Positions 17,153 to 24,840 of a stretch of DNA of 28,339 nucleotides are shown in pieces; the stretch's first letter is position 1, and each line of letters opens with the position of its first letter. The stretch lies in NCBI GenBank assembly GCA_043810415.1, contig JBDROD010000209.1, forward strand, positions 1 through 28,339, written 5' to 3'. The notes below the pieces were generated by a model. The model did no database searches and had not been told where the DNA came from. It saw only the letters and a program-made list of their open reading frames with translations. A program made the position numbers and the translations under genes. This DNA comes from Candidatus Zixiibacteriota bacterium. Its GTDB lineage: Bacteria; Zixibacteria; MSB-5A5; SM1-73.

Positions 17153-17187
17153 TTTCGAGGTTCGAAGGTCGGGTATCGAGACTCGAT
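17153..17187 (+). repeat. Five imperfect heptamer repeats with TCG core
   Basis: TCG(A/G) at 17155, 17162, 17169, 17176 and 17183 (period 7). Confidence 0.6.
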
Positions 17188-17256
17188 AGCTCCTCGCACA
17201 GATAGTTTACGGTATTTCTCACTATACAGAATCAATATCTCAAATTAGGAGTTACA

Positions 17257-18132
17257 ATGGCAGCAGAGATCATTGACGGGAAGAAAATTTCTGCAGAGAT
17301 CAAAGAAGGATTAAAAGAAAAAATAAACCGTCTTAAAGAGAGAGGGAAAGTTCCAGGACTGGCTGCGGTTTTGGTAGGGGATAACCCGGCTTCGCAGGTT
17401 TATGTGAACATGAAGGTGAAAGCCTGCGAAGAAATAGGCATCCTTTCCGAAGTTTCACGTTACCCCAAAGAATTACCTGAATCCGAATTGTTGAAGAAGA
17501 TAATTGAATTGAATGAACAAAAACACATTCACGGAATTTTGGTTCAATTTCCCCTGCCGGCTCAGATCAGCGAAGAGAAGGTGATCTTGACCATCGATTC
17601 GAAAAAAGACGTAGACGGTTTTCATCCTTTTAACGTGGGGATGATGGTAGCAGGCAAACCGACTTTTCTGCCATGCACTCCTTTGGGCATTCAGGAACTT
17701 ATGGTCAGATCGGGGCATGATCCCTCGGGAAAGCACGTAGTGATCTTAGGCCGGGGGAGTCTGGTGGGCCGTCCGCTGGCGGTCATGCTTTTTCAAAAAG
17801 CAAATGGTGCCAATGCTACAGTATCCATCTGCCATACGGGCACGAGGAACTTACCTGAGATAACCCGACAGGCAGATATACTGATCGCAGCGATGGGGAA
17901 AGCTCGATTCGTCACCAAAGATATGGTCAAGCCCGGTGTGGTGGTGATCGACGTGGGGACCAACCGGATAGAAGATCCTACAACTAAGTCCGGATATAGA
18001 CTGGTGGGGGACGTCGACTTCGATACAGTCAGCCAAGTAGCCAGCGCCATCACCCCGGTTCCCGGAGGCGTGGGACCGATGACCATTGCCATGCTTCTGT
18101 CCAATACGGTTAGGTCATGTGAGATGCTGTAA
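17257..18132 (+). CDS. folD: Bifunctional methylenetetrahydrofolate dehydrogenase/cyclohydrolase
   Basis: LVGDNPASQVYVNMK, KDVDGFHP, FLPCTPLG, GRGSLVGRP, ITPVPGGVGPMTIAML. Confidence 0.99.
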   Translation: MAAEIIDGKKISAEIKEGLKEKINRLKERGKVPGLAAVLVGDNPASQVYVNMKVKACEEIGILSEVSRYPKELPESELLKKIIELNEQKHIHGILVQFPLPAQISEEKVILTIDSKKDVDGFHPFNVGMMVAGKPTFLPCTPLGIQELMVRSGHDPSGKHVVILGRGSLVGRPLAVMLFQKANGANATVSICHTGTRNLPEITRQADILIAAMGKARFVTKDMVKPGVVVIDVGTNRIEDPTTKSGYRLVGDVDFDTVSQVASAITPVPGGVGPMTIAMLLSNTVRSCEML

Positions 18133-18180
18133 ATAGAGCGGTCAACGGTGTGAGCCAAACGCTTCTTAGCTATAGATCGA

Positions 18181-18202
18181 ATGGTTCGACTTCGCTCACC
18201 AT
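18181..18202 (+). repeat. REP-like palindromic element ATGGTTCGACTTCGCTCACCAT
   Basis: ATGGT/ACCAT stem around TCGACTTCGCTC, recalled as a widespread TTCGACTTCGCTCA intergenic palindrome type. Degenerate inverted partner ATGGTGAG at 18237-18244. Confidence 0.55.
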
Positions 18203-18397
18203 CTTCGACGGATTAAACGGATGGAAAGGATAAAAAATGGTGAGATTGAGCTATCGGAGCCTAGGGTATTTGATAAATTCTAAGCACAGTGAAACGGTTT
18301 GTCGGTGCAAATTTAGGAAGAGCCAATCTATTATCAAGTTGTAGTTTGATTATCTAAAACCCCACCTTTCCTTTCCTCTGAAATATCCTAATACGAA

Positions 18398-18931
18398 GTG
18401 GTTAGATTCAAAATACTAGAGATGTCAACAAACAAGCATAAAGTAAAAGAAGGATACAAGATTGCCCAGTGTTGTTCTCCGCAACTGGTCGATGCCATCA
18501 CTGGATATTACAGCTATAATAATATCCTCATTGTCCACAAAACCACTTGTGACAGTTTGAAAAAAGCGGAAGCAAAGAGATTGGTTCCCCTTTTATGGAC
18601 AGAGATATTGGAGAAAGGTGAAGAGGAACCGGACAAAGATTACCACGATCTGGATGAGGTCGATTTCCGCATATTGCAGCATCATCAATCCATGGGAGTG
18701 GATTACTCCTGGATGGTGGCATCTGCGCTGGATATGGATCCGGAGCTGGTGTTCGAGCGGCATAAAAAACTAAAGGATCTAAAACTTCTAAAACGGGTGG
18801 AACCGGTGATGATCCAATATCGCAAAAACATAGTGGAACACAAATGGATCAAGCACCGGAACCACACCTATTATCAAATTACTTCCAAAGGTGAAAAGTA
18901 CTTGAATTTCTTCGTTTCCCATAACCGGTAG
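18398..18931 (+). CDS. Fusion of a RelA/SpoT-type Cys-rich zinc-finger segment and a DUF2250-like winged-helix domain
   Basis: IAQCCSPQLVDAITGYYSYNNILIVHKTTC resembles the RelA pattern A.CC.P..GD.I.G.......IH..DC. ILQHHQSMGVDY...LLKRV...KHRNHTYYQITSKGE resembles DUF2250. Alternative ATG at 18422. Confidence 0.7.
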   Translation: MVRFKILEMSTNKHKVKEGYKIAQCCSPQLVDAITGYYSYNNILIVHKTTCDSLKKAEAKRLVPLLWTEILEKGEEEPDKDYHDLDEVDFRILQHHQSMGVDYSWMVASALDMDPELVFERHKKLKDLKLLKRVEPVMIQYRKNIVEHKWIKHRNHTYYQITSKGEKYLNFFVSHNR

Positions 18932-19036
18932 TATCTTTTCAATTACTTCCCCTACTCATAAATAGCAGGAAGTGCTTTTGTAATCAGTGAAGCGGATGAA
19001 GTTTGCTTTCAACAAAAAATTCTTTCTGCGCTACAG

Positions 19037-19063
19037 TAAAGAAATCCAAGATTTTCCCGATTA
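19037..19063 (+). promoter_or_regulatory. Putative sigma28-type promoter upstream of the DUF4388 gene
   Basis: TAAA-N15-CCCGATTA (TAAAG -35, 6/8 match at -10). Confidence 0.55.
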
Positions 19064-19136
19064 TAAGTCTATGGGTGATAACGGATATTTCTATAAGTGC
19101 ATCCAGGTCATCAAACGATAAAATCGTGAGTCCACT

Positions 19137-20339
19137 TTGAGCGTAAGCATCAAAACAAAAGAGGTCGGGCTAACCGGAAATCTTAGCACGGTTTCCCTGT
19201 CGGATCTGCTTCAGCTGATCAGCGTATCCGGGAAGACAGGTATGCTGGTCATCTCCAGGGAAAGCCAAAAAAGGGAGATATACTTCAAAAAAGGGGACAT
19301 CATTTACGCCACCTCTATGGGAAGCGAAGATGAGCTTTTGGGAAATCTACTTTTGTCCCAAAGAAAGATCCTGAAGCCGGATTTGGAAAAGGCTTTAAGC
19401 CTGCAGAAACTGACCAATAAGAGGCTGGGGGACATCCTTTATGAGATGAGAACCTTAACCCGAGACGAGGTGATCGAATGTCTCCAGGTTCAGATCGAGG
19501 AAATCATTTACAGTCTATTCGGGTGGAACTCAGGCGAGTTCGTGTTCTATGACGGTAAACTGCCTCACTCCGAACAGATAACCACCCAGCTTGGTACCAT
19601 GAACGTGATCATGGAGGGGAGCAGACGAATCGACGAATGGACCCAGATCAAGGAGACCTTCCCTTCGGATAGTATAGAGCTGTGGGTGATCAGAAACCCC
19701 AAGATAAAGTCGACTTTGGTCAAAATAAGCGTTGACGAGCTGCAACTGCTCCCGTTAATCTCCGGGAACAGAACCATCTCCGAGCTGTTGTCGGTAAGCC
19801 CCTTAAGAGAGTTTCATACTTACAAAGCCCTGTATAATTTGTACAACTCAGGATGGGTAGAAAAGGGGGAGAAGAAAAAAGCCAAGATGCAGGAATTCGA
19901 CGGGGAGAAGCTGATCCATGACGTGCTGATCAAACTGTATTCCCAGTCTTATCAGACCATAGAGAGATTTGTCTCTCAAAAGCTGGGGGAGGGTGCCAAG
20001 ACGGTTCTGACCAGGTGTTTTGAGGTTCAAAAATCTTATAACCCCATCTTGGCCAAGCTGGAAAGCTCCGATAATTTTTTGGATTTTCGCCATCTGAGAA
20101 GCTCTATCGACAAGATGCCCCAGGCGATTCGATTTCATAAACTGACCAGCGCGCTCAACGATCTGCTCTACGAATTCATGAGAGAGATCAACCGGGATTT
20201 AGGCAAAAATGTCACCATGCAAGTGGTATCCCAGATAAAAAAGGATACGGCTCAGGTGGTGGCAGAAAACAGATGGGTGGCAAAGGAATATGAGTTGGAG
20301 GAAGAGATACTAAAAACTTTAAAACAGGGTCAAAGATGA
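19137..20339 (+). CDS. DUF4388 (PatA-N-like) domain protein with MshEN-like repeat
   Basis: LTGNLSTVSLSDLLQLISVSGKTGML.I..ESQKREIYFKKGDIIYA is the DUF4388 pattern. LLGNLLL...LEKAL.LQ...RLGDIL is MshEN-like. NVIMEGSRRIDEW. Confidence 0.85.
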   Translation: MSVSIKTKEVGLTGNLSTVSLSDLLQLISVSGKTGMLVISRESQKREIYFKKGDIIYATSMGSEDELLGNLLLSQRKILKPDLEKALSLQKLTNKRLGDILYEMRTLTRDEVIECLQVQIEEIIYSLFGWNSGEFVFYDGKLPHSEQITTQLGTMNVIMEGSRRIDEWTQIKETFPSDSIELWVIRNPKIKSTLVKISVDELQLLPLISGNRTISELLSVSPLREFHTYKALYNLYNSGWVEKGEKKKAKMQEFDGEKLIHDVLIKLYSQSYQTIERFVSQKLGEGAKTVLTRCFEVQKSYNPILAKLESSDNFLDFRHLRSSIDKMPQAIRFHKLTSALNDLLYEFMREINRDLGKNVTMQVVSQIKKDTAQVVAENRWVAKEYELEEEILKTLKQGQR

Positions 20340-20776
20340 TGATAAAAGAACACCACACTTGCATTTCCAAAAGAGTGAAAAGGATAATAACCGTCTACCT
20401 CTCTACAGGGCTGGTATTATGGGTTGGTCGTATGGCTTTCGCTTTGCCCGAAAGCGAAAATTATCAAGCGGAAATGGGATGGTTTTCATCCAAACCAGCA
20501 TGGTTCACCCTTCTGGATATCCTGCTTCTGATGGGCATTCTCACCTGCTTTTTCATATCGGTAAAGGTTAAATCATTCCTGAGGGATGGGGAGTTAGCAT
20601 CAGGCTGGACCCTCTTTTCCCTCTCCTTCGTTCTTCTCTTCATCGCCCAGCTCCTCAGTTTGTCGCTTAATATTAATCTTTTCAATATACCCTTAAGCCT
20701 AGTCTCCATAATCCGTCTTCTGTCTATCTTTACGTTGGCCTCAGGCATCTATTTTATGAAAAGGGTGTTGAGTTGA
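20336..20776 (+). CDS. Hypothetical membrane protein (signal-like N-terminus plus about 3 TM helices)
   Basis: ATGA overlap with the upstream stop. Hydrophobic segments WFTLLDILLLMGILTCFFISV, GWTLFSLSFVLLFIAQLLSL, LVSIIRLLSIFTLASGIYFM. Confidence 0.75.
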   Translation: MMIKEHHTCISKRVKRIITVYLSTGLVLWVGRMAFALPESENYQAEMGWFSSKPAWFTLLDILLLMGILTCFFISVKVKSFLRDGELASGWTLFSLSFVLLFIAQLLSLSLNINLFNIPLSLVSIIRLLSIFTLASGIYFMKRVLS

Positions 20777-20890
20777 GCGGCAATCATTCCGATTCTAAAA
20801 AATATTCCATCCACCTCCACTGGTGAAACAATCCCTTCAGCCTCCTTTAGCTTCAGAAGCCATTATATATGGCTTTTTTCGACATTCAAG

Positions 20891-20918
20891 TTAAGTATAA
20901 CGATTTGACTGTCGATAA
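20891..20918 (+). promoter_or_regulatory. Sigma28-type promoter upstream of the roadblock-Mgl operon
   Basis: TTAAGTAT-N12-GTCGATAA (TAAG-N15-GTCGATAA). Confidence 0.7.
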
Positions 20919-21091
20919 ACTTTATAGTCAGATTAGGGGATTTCATATAACCTTTCTGAAGGGGATTTTGTTACTAAAATGTTCTGTTACCAAAGGTAAC
21001 CGAATATACGTCAGAGAGGAATAGTGTTTTTTGAAACGGACTTATTCGGACCGGCAGATTTGAGCAGCATCAGCTAAAATCGAGGGAATCT

Positions 21092-21928
21092 ATGTGTCCA
21101 ACTATAGCCATAGAGCTAGACGAAAGAATCGAAAAGTGTGAAAGGATATTGTCGGAAAACCCCGAATCTCTGATATTTGCGGCTCTATCCGATGCCTATC
21201 GCAAGAAGGGGGACCTATCCAAAGCGTTTCATGTCTGTAGCCGGGGGCTTAAGATACATTCGGAGTATGGTCCCGGTCATCTGGTGATGGCAAAGATCAA
21301 TTTCGAAAGGGGAATGTACAGCGAAGCGGAAAAGGAGCTTTACTTAGCCATCAAGTCGGACGGAAAGACCCGGACATCTGAACTTCTTTTGGCTCATATC
21401 TTGTACAAAAAGAATCAGATTAAGGAAGCCAAGAATATACTGGAAGAACTCAAAGCGACCGATCCGGATAACCAAACGATAAACGAGCTTTTAAACGCCA
21501 TTCGGCAAGGCGGTGAGGCGGAAAAAAACTATTACGACACCATAGCGGTCGAGGAGCGGTGGAACATAGAGAAGATTTCGGATCTCAAAGAGGCGGTGGG
21601 TTATTTGAAATCGCTGCCGGGGATACTGGGGGTAATGGTGATCGGGGAGGAGGGATTGATCCGGGAAAGCAAGTTGAATCCCAAGTTCAAGAAAGAACTG
21701 CTGGGGGCTACGGTTATCGACATCACCCAAAGCGCGGATGAGGGATTAACCGGTATAGACTTAGGAAAGTTGGAGCGGATCGCGATAGAGGGACAAAATC
21801 TTGAACTATGGATAACCCGCTTTGATCACCAGACCCTGGTACTGTGCTGCTCTGCCGATGCCAATCTGGGTGCTTTGAAGGTAAGGGTATGGGAGATACT
21901 GGAACAGCTATCTCTGAACATTGGATGA
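21092..21928 (+). CDS. TPR-repeat protein with C-terminal roadblock/LC7 domain
   Basis: FAALSDAYRKKGDL..A...C..GL..H..Y..GHLVMAKI TPR units. C-terminal LKSLPGILGVMVIGEEGLI...ANLGALKV roadblock pattern. Confidence 0.82.
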   Translation: MCPTIAIELDERIEKCERILSENPESLIFAALSDAYRKKGDLSKAFHVCSRGLKIHSEYGPGHLVMAKINFERGMYSEAEKELYLAIKSDGKTRTSELLLAHILYKKNQIKEAKNILEELKATDPDNQTINELLNAIRQGGEAEKNYYDTIAVEERWNIEKISDLKEAVGYLKSLPGILGVMVIGEEGLIRESKLNPKFKKELLGATVIDITQSADEGLTGIDLGKLERIAIEGQNLELWITRFDHQTLVLCCSADANLGALKVRVWEILEQLSLNIG

Positions 21929-21940
21929 TAAGGGGGAGAG

Positions 21941-22870
21941 GTGAATTCAGGATTCAAAGGAGAACTAAAAGGAATACTTTTGGTCTCTTTTTTTATCATG
22001 GTGGTCCCGCTGATTTTCTTCCCCTGGGATTTTGGGCTGAGATGGGATTTTTCCCTCTTATTACATATGCTGATTGAAATATTCTGGTATGTTTTAATAC
22101 TAACCGCCATCCTCTATAGACCATCTATTAAACAGGTTTTGACCGGTACAGTTTTGACTTTCACTTATCGGGTGATTTTGGGGGCTGGATTTGCGGTTCT
22201 TCTGAGGATCATGCTGTCAGAATCATGGTCCGTTGCAATCATGTCGGGTATGTATGGGTATACCCCGGCTTTTCTGCTTCAGGTTTTAATGTCACCCTTT
22301 GTAATCAAGTCATTTGGTGGAGGTTCTATGAAAAAGAAGTTGAAAACCGAACAGGAGCTTTATCCGCAAGAGAGGAAAATACAGAATGCCTATTCTCCTT
22401 ACCCCCCGGAGAGGATTTTCAATGAAAAATCGACGGGGAGAGGATTCTTAACCGGAGAAAAGGATTTGAAATCATGCCGGGTGGACAATCTGGAAAGCAT
22501 TCTGCATTACCTCAAGGAGTATTCTGGAGTGAAAGCCGCCATTCTGGTGGATGAGGAGGGCTTGGTGATAGCTTATGATGCTTCTTCCGATCAGGACGTG
22601 GAGAAGGTGGCTTCTTATGCCCGATGTTTGAAGGAGGCTAATGACCAGGTATTGGGGAAGATAGGGGAACAAACCTCAGAGCGGATCAACATTCACACCC
22701 CCTCTTTGTGGATCTGCTTAAACCGGATAGGCCGATTTCTGCTGGTGGTGGCGGCGGATCATAACACGGACGAATTGCTCTCGGTAAGGATTATGCAGTC
22801 ACTGGCTACGATAAAGAGATATATCCAAGAAAGATACCAGGAAAATATACTAAAAGAAGTGGAGGGGTGA
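21941..22870 (+). CDS. Membrane protein (about 4 TM) with C-terminal roadblock/LC7 domain
   Basis: Hydrophobic N-terminal 120 aa, then LKEYSGVKAAILVDEEGLVIA roadblock signature. GTG start. Confidence 0.82.
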   Translation: MNSGFKGELKGILLVSFFIMVVPLIFFPWDFGLRWDFSLLLHMLIEIFWYVLILTAILYRPSIKQVLTGTVLTFTYRVILGAGFAVLLRIMLSESWSVAIMSGMYGYTPAFLLQVLMSPFVIKSFGGGSMKKKLKTEQELYPQERKIQNAYSPYPPERIFNEKSTGRGFLTGEKDLKSCRVDNLESILHYLKEYSGVKAAILVDEEGLVIAYDASSDQDVEKVASYARCLKEANDQVLGKIGEQTSERINIHTPSLWICLNRIGRFLLVVAADHNTDELLSVRIMQSLATIKRYIQERYQENILKEVEG

Positions 22871-22871
22871 T

Positions 22872-23213
22872 ATGTTCCAGATATTGGAGGAGTTGAACAA
22901 GACCGTCGGAATAAATGGCAGCATGATCGTGGGAAAAGACGGGATCGTTATCGCTGCCGATTTGAATGCTAATCTCCAGGACGAGGCGGTGGGGGCTTTA
23001 GCCGCTTCCATAGTGGACACGGTGAAAAAGTCGATGGAGCGTCTTTCCAATGAGAATTTAAGACAGATAACCGTGGAGGCGAGCAAAGGGAAGCTGTTTT
23101 TGACGGATGTGGGGATAGGCATTCTGGCGGTCACCACCGATCCGCAGGTGAACGTGGGGTTGGTCCGCCTGGAGATCAAGAATGCGGCAGAAAAAATAAA
23201 GATTGCCCAGTAG
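22872..23213 (+). CDS. Stand-alone roadblock/LC7 (MglB/MglC-like) protein
   Basis: LNKTVGINGSMIVGKDGIVIA, EAVGALAASI, NVGLVRLEIK. Confidence 0.88.
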   Translation: MFQILEELNKTVGINGSMIVGKDGIVIAADLNANLQDEAVGALAASIVDTVKKSMERLSNENLRQITVEASKGKLFLTDVGIGILAVTTDPQVNVGLVRLEIKNAAEKIKIAQ

Positions 23214-23255
23214 CCCGCTTAATAATGACCGTTGGCCGTTTGGGGGAGGGAGAAG

Positions 23256-24227
23256 ATGGCATCCATAAATTATGCCTTCAAGGAGATATCGTGTAAGATC
23301 GTTTATTACGGTCCGGGGCTTTCCGGCAAGACCACCAACCTTCAATATGTGCATCAGAAGATCCCCCCTCAGACCAGAGGGGATCTGATCTCTTTGGCTA
23401 CCGATCAGGACAGGACCCTTTACTTCGATTTCCTTCCGGTGAACATCGGGAAGGTGCACGGCTTTTCCACGAAGTTTCAGCTCTATACCGTACCGGGACA
23501 GGTTTACTACAATGCCACGCGGAAGCTGGTTCTGCGGGGAGTGGATGGCTTGGTCTTCGTTGCAGATTCCCAGAAATCCAAAATGGATGAAAACCTGGAA
23601 AGCTATCAGAATTTACTGGATAATCTGGCGGAGTACGGGTATAACCTGGATAAGCTTCCCCTGGTGCTACAATATAACAAAAGGGACCTAACCCCCATAA
23701 TCTCGCTGGAAGAGCTGCAGAAGGCTTTGAATCCTCACCAGTTCCCTTATTATGAGGCAGTAGCCATCCGGGGAGTGGGTGTTTTCGATACTTTGAAATG
23801 CATCAGCAAGATGGTTTTAGACCAGGCCAAGCGCAAGCAGCTGTTTCCGCAAAGAGAGGCGGAGGAAAAGGATTCGGTACTTTCTCCGGTAGCCCTTTCC
23901 CAGACACCCTCAGGCGAGTCAATGGTCGATATGATCGGTTCAACCGCTCCGGCAGAAGGGATGCCGGATACGACAGCAACAGCTGTAGCGGAGGAGGAAC
24001 CGGTATCGGCTGAGGAAAAGATTTTCCCCGAACCAGTAACTATTCCAGAAGAATCAAAACCGGAAGTTGAGCTCAAGATAAAAGAAATGACCGAGGAAAA
24101 TCAAGAGAAGATGGAAATGCCGATCGCTGCATCGAGTCCGACCATAATAAGCTGGTCCGCAGGTAAAAAGACCCGGTCAAAGGGTTTCTTTTTATGGCGA
24201 TTTCTCGGCAGAATATTCAACCGGTAA
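23256..24227 (+). CDS. mglA: MglA-family small GTPase with about 120-aa C-terminal extension
   Basis: INY..KEI.CKIVYYGPGLSGKTTNLQY, DRTLYFDFLP (catalytic Arg), LYTVPGQVYY (catalytic Gln), GVDGLVFVADS, QYNKRD. ATG 23256 after GGAGGG. Confidence 0.95.
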   Translation: MASINYAFKEISCKIVYYGPGLSGKTTNLQYVHQKIPPQTRGDLISLATDQDRTLYFDFLPVNIGKVHGFSTKFQLYTVPGQVYYNATRKLVLRGVDGLVFVADSQKSKMDENLESYQNLLDNLAEYGYNLDKLPLVLQYNKRDLTPIISLEELQKALNPHQFPYYEAVAIRGVGVFDTLKCISKMVLDQAKRKQLFPQREAEEKDSVLSPVALSQTPSGESMVDMIGSTAPAEGMPDTTATAVAEEEPVSAEEKIFPEPVTIPEESKPEVELKIKEMTEENQEKMEMPIAASSPTIISWSAGKKTRSKGFFLWRFLGRIFNR

Positions 24228-24247
24228 AATCAAGCGGAGGTGTGAAA

Positions 24248-24754
24248 TTGAGACAGGACGATTTAGTGATTTATGAAGAACAGATAGAGGATATAGAAAG
24301 AACGCTGAGGCGGTTGATCAAGGATGCACAGGCCAAATGCGTTCTGCTGGTGGACAAGGATGGTCATTTGATCACCCGACAGGGTTTCACCCAGTCCTTG
24401 GACACCACTGCCTTGGCCGCCCTTTTGGCGGGGAGCTTTGCCTCCACCCAGGAGATCGCCCGGCTGGTGGGAGAGCCGGAGTTTTCGGTGCTCTTTCATC
24501 AAGGGAAAAAGGATCACATTCACATCACCTTGGTAGGGGAACGATCCATCTTGGCGGTGATCTTTGATGACCGCACCACCATCGGTATGGTCCGGCTGTA
24601 TGCTAAAGAGATTGCGGAGGATTTAAACCAGATCCTCTCCTCGGAAAAGCAAGAGGAAAGCCAATCGAAAAATGAGCCGGGAACGGAAGTGGATACGGAA
24701 TTTTCCGCTACGGTGGAGACCAGACTGGACGACATCTTTTCCGATAAATACTAA
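24248..24754 (+). CDS. mglB: MglB GTPase-activating protein (roadblock)
   Basis: LVIYEE, AKCVLLVDKDGHLI, DTTALAALLAG, F...FHQG.KD, LAVIFDDRTTIGMVRL and acidic tail LDDIFS parallel Myxococcus MglB. TTG 24248 is 7 nt after GGAGG. Confidence 0.93.
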   Translation: MRQDDLVIYEEQIEDIERTLRRLIKDAQAKCVLLVDKDGHLITRQGFTQSLDTTALAALLAGSFASTQEIARLVGEPEFSVLFHQGKKDHIHITLVGERSILAVIFDDRTTIGMVRLYAKEIAEDLNQILSSEKQEESQSKNEPGTEVDTEFSATVETRLDDIFSDKY

Positions 24755-24840
24755 ACCGATAGCGGCAAAAGGGTTTGGACTATTCTAAATCGGCTAGCGG
24801 ATTACCATTAAAAGGACGGAGTATATTCGGGTAAAAACTT

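Noticed and set aside
20869-21024. 51-codon ORF in the spacer before the TPR-roadblock gene
   Set aside because: No RBS, and it overlaps the predicted promoter.
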